A stretch of 63,496 bases of DNA, the filler included, from Octopus bimaculoides (lineage: Eukaryota): assembly GCF_001194135.2 (NCBI RefSeq). It is 3 parts of 3 records of this genome, joined end to end, with 100 filler letters (N's around TTAATTAATTAA, not from the genome) between each part and the next. Parts side by side here need not be neighbours in the genome. Positions count along the whole stretch, not along the records: positions 43,558 to 63,496 come from NC_069004.1; 2 more parts are not named here. The stretch is one strand, 5' to 3'. The notes below the pieces were generated by a model. That model worked only from the letters and a program-made list of their open reading frames with translations, searched no databases and had not been told where the DNA came from. A program made the position numbers and the translations under genes. Each line of letters opens with the position of its first letter. Within the stretch, counting starts at the first letter, position 1. This document shows positions 52,543 to 63,496 of this stretch, in pieces.

Positions 52543-52966
52543 GTTGTGTGACATGTTAAATTACTTTTGACTACTACCGATTTACCACAGTGATTCAAGA
52601 ATCAGTAAGGAATATGTTGAGCTCAAAGAAGATCCAGATGTTAGCAGTACCACTACTGCCACTGGTGTCAATGATATCATCATTGAAGACCTCCCACCAG
52701 CAATGGTTGTTATTCTAACTCTGATTGAAACACATATCCAGGAAAATCTCTAAAGCCATTATTTATCAGTTATCCAGAATATTTGTTGTTGCTATTGTTA
52801 GTTTGAATTTCAACTTGAGTTAATTAATTAACTGAAGAAGACAATGTATCACACATAATCTGCATTCCTTAATCTCTATCAAAACCTTATCACAGAACAA
52901 GTATTTCTTTAATCCATTGAGTTGGCAAGATATTCCCTATGGTTTATTATTAAATAGTTATTACTA

Positions 52967-53135
52967 GAAGGTGCAGGCATGACTGTATGGCAAGGAAACT
53001 TGCTTCCCAACCACATGGTTCCAGGTTCACTGTTACTGTAGTACCTTGGCAAATAATGTCTTCTACTGGAGCTTCAAGCTAACCAAAGTCTTATGAATGG
53101 ATTTGGTAGATAGAAACTGAAAGAAGTCCATCATA
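52967..53135 (+). mobile_element. SINE family E ending in (TCTA)/(TCTG)n
   Basis: CTTGCTTCCCAACCACATGGTTCCAGGTTCA...GGATTTGGTAGATAGAAACTGAAAGAAG. Confidence 0.85.
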
Positions 53136-53155
53136 TCTATCTATCTATCTATCTA

Positions 53156-53244
<89 letters not shown>

Positions 53245-53485
53245 NNNNNNNNNNNNNNNNNNNNNNNNNNNNNNNNNNNNNNNNNNNNNNNNNNNNNNNN
53301 NNNNNNNNNNNNNNNNNNNNNNNNNNNNNNNNNNNNNNNNNNNNNNNNNNNNNNNNNNNNNNNNNNNNNNNNNNNNNNNNNNNNNNNNNNNNNNNNNNNN
53401 NNNNNNNNNNNNNNNNNNNNNNNNNNNNNNNNNNNNNNNNNNNNNNNNNNNNNNNNNNNNNNNNNNNNNNNNNNNNNNNNNNNNN

Positions 53486-53524
<39 letters not shown>

Positions 53525-53879
53525 TGCATATTTGTATGTATGTATACATCTGTGTATATATGTGTGTGTTTGTGTGTGCATATAAATTTACTTCTAATAT
53601 GTGTGAAGGTGTCTGTTTGTGCATGTGTGTATGCATGTGTGAGTGAGTATATGTATGTGTTAGTGGGTTGGAGCATGTGAGTGGAGTGATTTCAGAATTA
53701 GAGGGGGGGAGAATACAAAGAAGAGGGAAAGAGAGTAAGATAGAGCAGAAGAAGGAGGGGAGGAGGAGGAGGAGGAGGAAGAAGAAAAGAGAGAAGGAAA
53801 GAGAAAGACAGACAGACAGAAGAGAGAGTGAATGAAATTTTTGGTAAGGTACCAGTAACACCATGAATATTTTATCAAC

Positions 53880-54040
53880 AAGTGTGGCTGCGTGGTAAGA
53901 AGTTTGCTTTCCAACCACTTGGTTCCAGGTTCTGACCCATTGCATGAAGCTTTGGCCAAGTGTCTTCTACTATAGCCTGAAGCTGACCAAAGCCTTGTGA
54001 ATGGATTTGGTAGATGGAAACTGAAGAAGCCCGTTGTATT
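53880..54040 (+). mobile_element. SINE family E ending in (TA)n
   Basis: GTGGCTGCGTGGTAAGAAGTTTGC...GATTTGGTAGATGGAAACTGAAGAAGCCCG. Confidence 0.85.
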
Positions 54041-54072
<32 letters not shown>

Positions 54073-55992
54073 NNNNNNNNNNNNNNNNNNNNNNNNNNNN
54101 NNNNNNNNNNNNNNNNNNNNNNNNNNNNNNNNNNNNNNNNNNNNNNNNNNNNNNNNNNNNNNNNNNNNNNNNNNNNNNNNNNNNNNNNNNNNNNNNNNNN
54201 NNNNNNNNNNNNNNNNNNNNNNNNNNNNNNNNNNNNNNNNNNNNNNNNNNNNNNNNNNNNNNNNNNNNNNNNNNNNNNNNNNNNNNNNNNNNNNNNNNNN
54301 NNNNNNNNNNNNNNNNNNNNNNNNNNNNNNNNNNNNNNNNNNNNNNNNNNNNNNNNNNNNNNNNNNNNNNNNNNNNNNNNNNNNNNNNNNNNNNNNNNNN
54401 NNNNNNNNNNNNNNNNNNNNNNNNNNNNNNNNNNNNNNNNNNNNNNNNNNNNNNNNNNNNNNNNNNNNNNNNNNNNNNNNNNNNNNNNNNNNNNNNNNNN
54501 NNNNNNNNNNNNNNNNNNNNNNNNNNNNNNNNNNNNNNNNNNNNNNNNNNNNNNNNNNNNNNNNNNNNNNNNNNNNNNNNNNNNNNNNNNNNNNNNNNNN
54601 NNNNNNNNNNNNNNNNNNNNNNNNNNNNNNNNNNNNNNNNNNNNNNNNNNNNNNNNNNNNNNNNNNNNNNNNNNNNNNNNNNNNNNNNNNNNNNNNNNNN
54701 NNNNNNNNNNNNNNNNNNNNNNNNNNNNNNNNNNNNNNNNNNNNNNNNNNNNNNNNNNNNNNNNNNNNNNNNNNNNNNNNNNNNNNNNNNNNNNNNNNNN
54801 NNNNNNNNNNNNNNNNNNNNNNNNNNNNNNNNNNNNNNNNNNNNNNNNNNNNNNNNNNNNNNNNNNNNNNNNNNNNNNNNNNNNNNNNNNNNNNNNNNNN
54901 NNNNNNNNNNNNNNNNNNNNNNNNNNNNNNNNNNNNNNNNNNNNNNNNNNNNNNNNNNNNNNNNNNNNNNNNNNNNNNNNNNNNNNNNNNNNNNNNNNNN
55001 NNNNNNNNNGGACTGTTTCAAGGGAAGCAGTAGGGGTCACAGATCTGGGGCCAAAATTTGTTGAGTAGACAACAGTTTTTCTCCCTAAAATCTTGTGTTC
55101 TTTGGTGGGAGGAAATTTGTTTAAATAAAAAGGGTGTTTTGTAAGGAGATGATTGGATCAGAGAATAATATAATTTATGAGAGATTTGGCTGCTATTTCT
55201 AGTATGTCTAGCAATAAAAGGAGGCAGATGGTGGTGGTGGTGGTGGTGGTGGTGGAGTGCGTGGGGAGGTGACAGGAATAGTAAGAATTGTTTAACTCTG
55301 TGTAAACATAAAAGGAAAGAGAGATAAATGGACTTGAAATTGACCTTTATTTTACTTGACCTTTCAGCAGTCACTTGGTCAAAGATGACCTTCATCTAAT
55401 CTGGCCTTTTGAAAGGAAAATTATTTTTGTTTAGTGTGTGTGTGTGTGTGTGTGCGTGTGTGTGATTGTGTATACGTGAATGAAAGAGAAAGAGAAATAC
55501 AGCGTATAAATAAGAGATTTGTGTCTAAATTTATGAGTTTTTGTATTTGTATGAGGAATAGATTGTATGTGCGAAGAGTTATTGTATGTATGTGCATATG
55601 TTGGAGCATGTGTATCTGTATGTATATGGGTGAGTGTCAGAGTGTGTGTGAGGGAGAGAGAAAGAGAAAGAATGCATATGTATGTGAGTGAGAAAGTAAG
55701 CATGTGTGTGTGTTAGATTATGTGTATGTGTATGTGTGTATCACCTTTATGGTGAAGACACAAGGAAATGTGCACTGACCATTCCAAGATGAAATTTCAT
55801 TGTGCAGGTGTCTTCTTTTACATGTGAACTTTCGACCTTGGATCCCTAAGATGTCTAGAAGTAACAGAGAATCTCACAATGGGAGCTGGTTTGAATGCAA
55901 TGGAACGTTCTAGTAGGAACTCTACATGTTGGCAACATGGGATGGGAAATAATCAATGGTAGCCGAGACTGAGTGAGAGCTAATCTGAATAT

Positions 55993-56316
55993 TGGCAATC
56001 CATTGGTTATGAAAATGAGTGTTCCAGCTGATTTGATCAACAGAACAACCTGCTCATGAAATTAACATGCAAGTCGCTGAGTACCCCAACAGACATGCTT
56101 ACCCTTAATGAAGTTCTCAGAGAGATTCAGCATGACACAGAATGTGAGAAGGCTGATCCTTTTGAATTACAGGTACTACTCATTTTAGCCAGCTGAGTGC
56201 ACTGGAGCAGTGTGAAATAAAGTGTCTTGCTCAAGGATACAAAATGCCATCAGAATCAAACACATGACTTTATGATTGGGAAGCAAATGTCCAAACCACT
56301 AAGCCACGCACCTTCA
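55993..56316 (-). mobile_element. SINE family C, CpG-decayed
   Basis: Colinear with 44721-45046. Confidence 0.85.
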
Positions 56317-56559
56317 TTTCTAGTCTTGATAAGCCACTGTGTTCACCCAACTAAGAAAGAGCTTAGAAAAGGTGACTTAAAAGCCACCAACAAAGCTCAG
56401 TTCTTGGATAGGAAACTGTAACTGTCATTTCACAAAATGGTCAAAATAACAGGGCTATATGAAACATATATAATGGTGAGGTTTATCAAATGGAATATTT
56501 GATAAGCTTCCAGTTTACATACTTATGGAGAATACTTGACAACAAGTGGCTGTGAAGAG

Positions 56560-56880
56560 GCCGAAAGAGACACAGTTGAGATGAGGATGGGCAACAATAA
56601 AATCAATGACAAAATGCAGTCCCTGGAACAAAACTGGAGATGTCCTCAGACAAAACTGAGAAAGCGATTGTACGGTGGCGCTAAAGTAGCAGCCTGAAGG
56701 GAAAAGAGGAGGGTACATTAAACCCACATGGCGAAAGACCAATGGACAAGGAAAGGGAATGAGAAAGATGAAGAAGCTAGAACAAGACCAGAACAGTGGC
56801 AGAAAATGGAGCTGGTTAGAGAGAGCATGTTGTGGCCTTATGTTCCTCATGGCACACACAGAACTAACTTGACTAATAGA
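56560..56880 (+). pseudogene. RTE-clade LINE 3' end, decayed
   Basis: Translation WNKTGDVLRQ..DCTVALK*QPEGKRGG..PTWRKT resembles RTE C-termini (WIGHVLR...ALxWxPEGKRxRGRPxxTWRRT). Confidence 0.6.
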
Positions 56881-56957
56881 GGTTAGCAACTTCACATGGT
56901 GACCCCAGTATTAAGCAGCCATCACAGCCAATGAGCTGAGTTACTGCAGTGTAGATA

Positions 56958-57866
56958 CAGGGTGTTTGGGCTAAATTTGACGATTTCTTTATGTCCCTTT
57001 TATTCAGAGACAGTTTGATATATTAAGGAACAGTCAGTGGAATTGGAGAGCATAAAGATTAAAGATGAAGTTGAGAAAATATTAGCTGATATGGAGGGTT
57101 GAAGCTATCTGAATATTGGAAAAGAGTTACCTGTATCATGATGATTTGCACCACTTATGAAAATCCTGACATCATGACTGCTGCTCAATGCTCTTTGAAC
57201 ATAGTAAAGACTGTAAGATGTGACATGAACAGCTGCAACTGAGACTACAAACCTGTGGTCAGTATGAAGGGACACAGTAGGTATTCTGTTTGCACCCACA
57301 TGTTGGAATTCAACCTCAAATCTTTAAACAATGCCTTAGGCTCAATTCAGATTGCCTATGATGCTACTGGAGTCTGTAGTCAAATTCTGGTTGGGGAGGG
57401 TTGCTGCTGAGAAGCCATATGTGTGACAACAAGATTCAACTCCTTGCCATACATCCAGAAAAACTTTAAAGTATTTGTCAGAGACTTTCTACAGCTTCAC
57501 CAGCCTCAATTTCTAGCTTCCTACTTCTTCCAATTGTAATCCCATGGATTACTATGCATAGGGTGTGGTTGAGAAAGATACCAACCACTCTGCCTGCAAC
57601 ACCAGGGCTGAGCTGGTGGCCAAGATCAAGAAGGTATTCAAAGATCTTCCCAGGGACACAATGAGGATTGCACGTGACAGGTTCCAGGCCTATCTTGAAG
57701 CCATGGTGGAAGCTGAGGGCTTCTACTTTGAGTAAACATATCTCTGAGCCATAATCTAATTGATATTTTTATTAGTTTTTATTTTGAGTTTTTTTTAATT
57801 TTTGGATGGGATATTGTGTTTGCTTTTCTTTTTAAGCAAACTGTTGAATTTAGCCTAAAATCCCTG
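56958..57866 (+). mobile_element. DD37D/maT-like Tc1/mariner transposon, internally deleted
   Basis: TA-CAGGGTGTTTGGGCTAAATTTGA / TTGAATTTAGCCTAAAATCCCTG-TA TIRs; QQDSTPCHTS, PTSSNCNPMDYYA*GVVE, RFQAYLEAMVEAEGFYFE. Confidence 0.85.
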
Positions 57867-58558
57867 TATTTGCTGCAGTCATTGAGACAGGACTACTTGG
57901 AGAATGATTCTTTTTTTTAGTGAGGACGGTGAGTGAGAGTTATTCCTTTACCATCTTCTGAAAGTGTTACCCCAAGACTCGACATCACCAACATGGTATT
58001 GGCTTTGATGTAAGGGATAGTTTTATGTCTAAGCTGGCTGAAACACCAGTCGACATCAGTGAGCTGCTAATATCACTTTGTATTCCAGACTCTGTATATT
58101 TGAGAGAGTTGCTACATTATTTTACTGAGTACCTTTACAAAAAGTCTGTAATCTGATAACCAGATTAAACACATCTAATATTCAATCAGATAGTACTTAA
58201 TACACAGATGCAATACAATCATCCTAATGGAGGATTTAAATGCAGGAGGAAAAAGAAATAAAAATAAAAATAGGAATGAGTGATCAGGAACCATGATGTT
58301 TGGAAAACTAACAGTAGTGGACCCAGTTGTTTTTTTTATTTCTGTGTATACAACATGACTTTACATCACTTTCCAGAAGAACAAAGAAGAATCTCGTTAA
58401 TGTTTCCTATGTTCAAATTCTTGCATCATATAAATTCCGCCAAGTTTAGTCAGGTGGATGGAGCTTAAAGTCTTCTGCTCACCTGTACAAAGAGGTTAGT
58501 TGAGTGTTGGACAGCTCATTACATGAGACTAACAAAGACCAGGCTACAAGTTCATCCC

Positions 58559-58784
58559 TTAACCCTTTAGCATTCAGATTACTTTGTCAAATGTAATACT
58601 CATGTATTCACATTATTTTGAATTACTCATGAATTGTCTCGTAACTGTCATTTCAATTATGCAATTGTATATTTTTAGATTAACATTGCAGGGTAGGCAT
58701 GAGATGCCAGATCTGGTCAGCCTGAACATAAAACAAATAGAATATTTGGGCCAGACATGGCTGGTTTAAATGCTAAAGGGTTAA
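58559..58784. mobile_element. piggyBac-like MITE (TTAA flanks)
   Basis: TTAA-CCCTTTAGCATT...AATGCTAAAGGG-TTAA, perfect 12-bp TIR. Confidence 0.85.
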
Positions 58785-58877
58785 GAAGCTCAAGATGTTC
58801 AATTATTGCAAGTTCAGCAATCCCAATATTTGTAATAGCTTTTGTTGCTCTCTGTCAAATCAAAAGCATAAGAGGTA

Positions 58878-59363
58878 CCGTAAATCCTCAAGTATAATCC
58901 GCATTTTTTTCCAAAAATTTAAAGGTCAAAATCCTTAGTGCGTACTATATACGAGGTTAAAAATGAAAAATATTTTCTAAGCAATGTCCGAATCTATTTA
59001 CTGTCCAGCAATGTTTATTCAGACACATTTTGTGATGTCGGGCTTGTAACTGATAGTGATAAATATGTAAAGGCAATTTACTTAATATTTATTTTTCACT
59101 GATGTTATTACTGTTATTTCTTTATTTTCTGCAAGCAAAGTGCACAAAAAAGCTACACGTTTGCATTATGTTATAAATACAATAATAATAAAGGACGTTA
59201 CCGTATATACGTTTACAAACCAAGGACGTTATATAGACCTCCTTGACTCAAGTTAGAGAAGGGGTGCGTATAATACACAAGGTTTAGGTTTTTCAGAAGT
59301 ACAGCCCCCTAAAAATCCCCTGCGTATTATACTCAAGGGCAGTCTATACTCGAGGATTTACAG
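58878..59363. mobile_element. Tc1/mariner-superfamily MITE with TA target duplication
   Basis: TA-CCGTAAATCCTCAAGTATA / TATACTCGAGGATTTACAG-TA. Confidence 0.85.
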
Positions 59364-59500
59364 TACTCATCAATCTCATGAGTTTGCACTGATGACAAAC
59401 GGACCTCTTTAAGTTGCAAGTTCCTTTATATGTTCTGTGAAGCAGCTATTGTAAACATTGGTTTCAAGATGAAAAAGACATCAGCCTGGTTCAATAAAAT

Positions 59501-59745
59501 GTGGAGATGCATGACTTAGTGGTTAGGGCATTGGACTCATGATCGTAAGATTGTGTTTTCAATTCCTGGATTGGATGATGCATTGGGTTCTTGAGCAAAA
59601 CACTTCATTTTGCATTGCTCCAGTCCACTCAGCTGGTAAAGATGAGTAATCCTGCATAGATCTGGTGTCCCATTCAGAGAGGAATATATATGCCAGAGAA
59701 ACCAAGAAACAGGTCCTATGCTCCTTATGAAGTGATGTGGATTAA
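59501..59745 (+). mobile_element. SINE with a family C-type head and a different tail
   Basis: GACTTAGTGGTTAGGGCATTGG, TTCTTGAGCAAAACACTT, CTCCAGTCCACTCAGCTGG. Confidence 0.8.
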
Positions 59746-59799
59746 CCTAACCTAACCTGGTCCAATAAAGGTTCCATCACAATCAGCAAACATCTGAAT

Positions 59800-60200
59800 G
59801 ATATGCACAAGGCCCGCAAAGCAGGTCCTCCCTCTTTTCTTAAGTCACTATAATGGCCTCTGCTCCTCAAAGTCGACTGATCCCATGCTGTCTATACACA
59901 GGCGTTCCCATCTTATTTGCCACTACTCGTCTTATAAACTCTTGTCATATCCAACAAGCTCATCCCCTTCACCACTCCTTCTCCCCCACCACCACATACA
60001 CATATTCATCATTACATCCAGTCTTTCTTTTCCCAGAGTGTCATCCCTCTGGGATTTTCTCCTTACTCATGTCTTCGCTGTAGTTGTTCACTTATAAAAG
60101 TTCCAGAAGAACATTAATGACATCAATCTCACTAGTCTGGAAGGCCCTGTGAAGGCTGTGGGTACTGCCCCTTCCTCCTGAAACAACAAGTAAAAAAAAA
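59800..60200 (+). pseudogene. CR1-type LINE 3' end, decayed
   Basis: LFLSHYNGLCSS and WDFLLTHVF..HL*KFQKNINDINL resemble CR1-group ORF2 termini; ends in an A-run. Confidence 0.5.
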
Positions 60201-60928
60201 CACAAAGAGAAAACTCAGAAAATTTTCTTCATCATGCAATCAAAAACATCAATGGGACTCCATCTCACATCTCCAACTCACCATATTGCTCTATTATTAT
60301 TCTATCATATTATACAGTAACTCTGCCTGTTCATCTTTATAATGATTTGAAGAACTGGATTTCATTAGTCTCATGGACTAATGAAATGGACCTTTCGTTG
60401 GTACCTATGAGGCGTACCCATCTCTGCATCTGCCAGAATGGGAGGCAGCATCACTGTGTTGTTTTAGAAAGGGGTTGATCTTGTAGTATTGACCATCTAA
60501 TTGGACCCAGAATGTAAGTCAGTAGCCATTGGGAGATGGACTTTTCCTTGTGTCTTACTCATCTTATATGCCATCATGTTTTTTTTTTTTTCTGACAGCT
60601 TCATATCAGTTTTGTTCCTCTCATCATGAGGCAATATCGTGACACTAAATGCCATGTCTTTCAATTGACTCTGTGCAGGGGGAGAAAAAATCTTTGGCTT
60701 TTTAGTGTTGAACTTGGTCAACAGCTTCTAGTCTACAAAATGAGGTGATTTTTTTTCTTCTATCCTCAAGGTGATGCAAATCGTTTTTGACACACAATTT
60801 TAGGCCTGTTATTGCAGTCTCTGAAGTTGTCTGCAGCAGTTTTCCCTCTGCGGATTTTCTTCCTCAGAATAGTATAAGCCCTATAGCAGCAACTGGGCTT
60901 CACATGTATGGTTAGTTCATATTACTCT

Positions 60929-61117
60929 GTAAGGAGCACAGAGCCAGCTTCCCCAGTTTCTCTGGTCTATGTATTCCACCCTGGCATATATATATTCCTC
61001 CTGTTACAGATTTTCTCATTTTTACCAGCTGAGTGGACTTTACCTGGTCTATAAATCAAAACCACAATCTTACAATCATGAGTCCAATACCCTAACCACT
61101 GAGCCATGCACCTCCAC
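60929..61117 (-). mobile_element. SINE of the same type as 59501-59745, inverted
   Basis: CCAGCTGAGTGGAC...GAGTCCAATACCCTAACCACTGAGCCATGCACCTCCAC. Confidence 0.8.
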
Positions 61118-61248
61118 ACTTTGCTCATATAATGAGGTGCAATTCCAAGATATTCAAGTAGCCTGTGGAAATGTGGCGATCATCAAGACCTGCATGTCCA
61201 TTCAGATTTCATTCAATCAGATGTTGTTGTGTGTTTCCCTATGTGCAT

Positions 61249-61683
61249 GACCCAACTTTTCATCTGGTGTCACTTCATCCAATGTCACTTCGTCCAAGTC
61301 TTTTGGTCCGATGTCTTTTTGTCTGATGATTTTTTTTGTCCAACAACTTTTTGTCCATTTTTAAATAAACTCTTTAGAAAACATGGTGAACATTAAAATT
61401 AAATAATCATTGAGAATTTTATTGATAGGACTTGTCATTGGACAAAAAAATCATCGGACAAAAAGACGTCAGACAAAAAGACGTGGACCAAAAGACATTT
61501 GATGAAATGATGTCAGACAAAAAGACATTTGATGAAGTGACGTCAGATGAAAAGACGTGGACAAAAAGACATTTGATGAAGTGACGTCAGATGAAAAGAC
61601 GTGGACAAAAAGACATTTGATGACGTGACGTCAGATGAAAAGATATTTGATGAAGTGAGGTCGGACCAAAAGACTTAGCTCCC
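61249..61683. mobile_element. Foldback-like element with inverted arrays of ~15-bp units
   Basis: Left arm (GTCTTTTGGTCCGAT)-type units are inverted relative to right arm (GGACAAAAAGACGTC)-type units; 44-bp higher-order repeat. Confidence 0.8.
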
Positions 61684-62071
61684 TCTATGCTCACCACTTT
61701 CACGTATTATGCAGCAAATATGTTGATGAGATGAAAACCAACTTCCCTACAAGTAACTCAAGTTGTAACCATTTTTCTTTTAATCTTTTACTTCTTTCAG
61801 TCATTTGACTACAGCCATGTTGGGGCAGTGCCTTGAAGAATTTCCATTGAACAAATCGACCCCATTATTTATTTTCTAAAAAGATTGAAAATGAAGGACC
61901 TCACTTGCATGACGGTAACATTTATTTTACAACTATCCCATGAATTCAAAGAAAGAAGATAGTGACACGCACATACATGCACACACACACACACAGACAC
62001 ACCTACATACACACATGTACACACACACACACACACACACAACCACACACATTTATACATAAGTGTATATT

Positions 62072-62232
62072 ACAGGCTTCTTTCAGTTTCCATCTACCAA
62101 ATCCACTCATAAGGTTTTGGTTGCCCCAAGGCTATAGTAGAAAGACACATATGCAGGGTGATACCCAGTGGGCCTGAACCTGGGGCCATGTGATTATGAA
62201 GCAGAGTTCTTGGCATAGAGCCATGCCTATGC
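62072..62232 (-). mobile_element. SINE family E
   Basis: CTTCTTTCAGTTTCCATCTACCAAATCCACTCA...GGCTATAGTAGAAAGACAC. Confidence 0.85.
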
Positions 62233-63049
62233 CTATGCCATACCTATGCCTATATAAAAATAATTTCTTTTTCAAAAACACACAAAAGTGTCACTATCCT
62301 CCATACTCTTTCCCCAATAAATTTATTGAGCAGCTGGGTACTTGTTTATGTAATGCACCACTGCCACATTTTCTTTTCACCAAGATTGGCTACATCTGAT
62401 TTCTAACAAAACTGAAGTTGTTTCATTTGTTATTAATGTTATTAAAACTAACACAACTTTTGTATTTGTTAAAGTATTTTGTTTGTGTGATCAACAGTGG
62501 ATTGTTTTTTCTGTTTATCTTTCTCTTTAGTATCTGTTTTTGTTCACAAAATTTTCCTTGTAGGGGGTTGGGCTTATCCATTGCTACTTCATTTGTGGCT
62601 AGCACCTCACTACCACTTCCTAGAAGCTATATTGACTCATCCATAAAAAATATTTTGCAAAAATATAGAAAAATTATTAAGTGTCCAAAGTGAAGCATTT
62701 TCCTCAACCCATGATAATGGGGTGGACACACGAATGTTCCAAAGACTTCCATTTGCAAGATTACCTAAAACCAAAAAATAATTTTTCATCAAGTAAAATG
62801 TGATAAATCCAATTTTTCTTCAGAGCTGTGTTTAAAGACGTCCGTTCATTGAACACAATGACAACAGTAATAATAATAATAAGAATAATAATAATAATAA
62901 TAAGAAGAAGAAGAAGGATGAAAATGAGGATGATGATGATGATGATTATGATATTAATGAGTACTAACATTTTTAATGAGTTTTAACTAGTAATAGTAAT
63001 AATAACAAAAATAATGATAAGAATAATAATAACAATAATAATAACAATG

Positions 63050-63089
<40 letters not shown>

Positions 63090-63416
63090 TAACATCAACA
63101 ATGACAAAAACAATAGTAGTAATAGTAACAGTATCGCGAATGATAATAATGAATGAATGAATAAATAAATAAATAAATAGAGAAGAAAAAATCCGTCTTT
63201 GATGATCACAACTCCCAAAGGACGAATGATTCTAAATCATAAAGTGCATGATGTGCATTAGATATTGCGTTTGAACATGTTGAAATGCAAGAGACACTGC
63301 ATATTTATAATGTTACAACATTTCTACTGGAAGAGGAATTTTGGCTTCATAATTTTTCTCTTTTTTATTTCACCTTGCTTTTTAAAAAAAAAATTGCTGC
63401 TCCCTACTCTCTGTAT

Positions 63417-63418
<2 letters not shown>

Positions 63419-63496
<78 letters not shown>
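63419..63496. repeat. (GT)n microsatellite running to the window end
   Basis: Direct inspection. Confidence 0.98.

Noticed and set aside
61440-61680. Regularly spaced repeats resembling a CRISPR array
   Set aside because: There are no unique spacers and no cas genes; it is a tandem array in a eukaryotic foldback element.

Overview
Eukaryotic, AT-rich, microsatellite-saturated genomic scaffold. Its repeat families look like those of a coleoid cephalopod, most likely Octopus (inferred from the SINE families and (TA)/(GATA)/(TAA) density). About 8 kb is N gaps, nearly all flanked by microsatellites. Two identical 100-bp spacers (44N-TTAATTAATTAA-44N at 14409-14508 and 43458-43557) indicate three stitched pieces. 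No host gene is recognisable with confidence, and nearly all ORFs in the track are microsatellite or gap artefacts. Supported content is mobile DNA: a ~4.2 kb decayed Tx1/L1-type LINE (minus), four 5'-truncated R4/Dong-like restriction-endonuclease LINE copies in or beside TAA-type repeats, Tc1, mariner and DD37D/maT relics, RTE and CR1-type 3' ends, several MITE/foldback elements and many tRNA-derived SINEs (families labelled A-G here). Best leads: a Penelope-type minimal hammerhead at the window start; a possible non-autonomous TAA-associated partner of the R4/Dong element; a sharp CpG-depletion boundary at the 43.5 kb join; a 198-bp duplication bracketing a SINE; and a speculative phase-consistent chain of small exons encoding a hydrophobic segment (525-5459). 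There is no evidence for CRISPR, rRNA or genuine tRNA genes.
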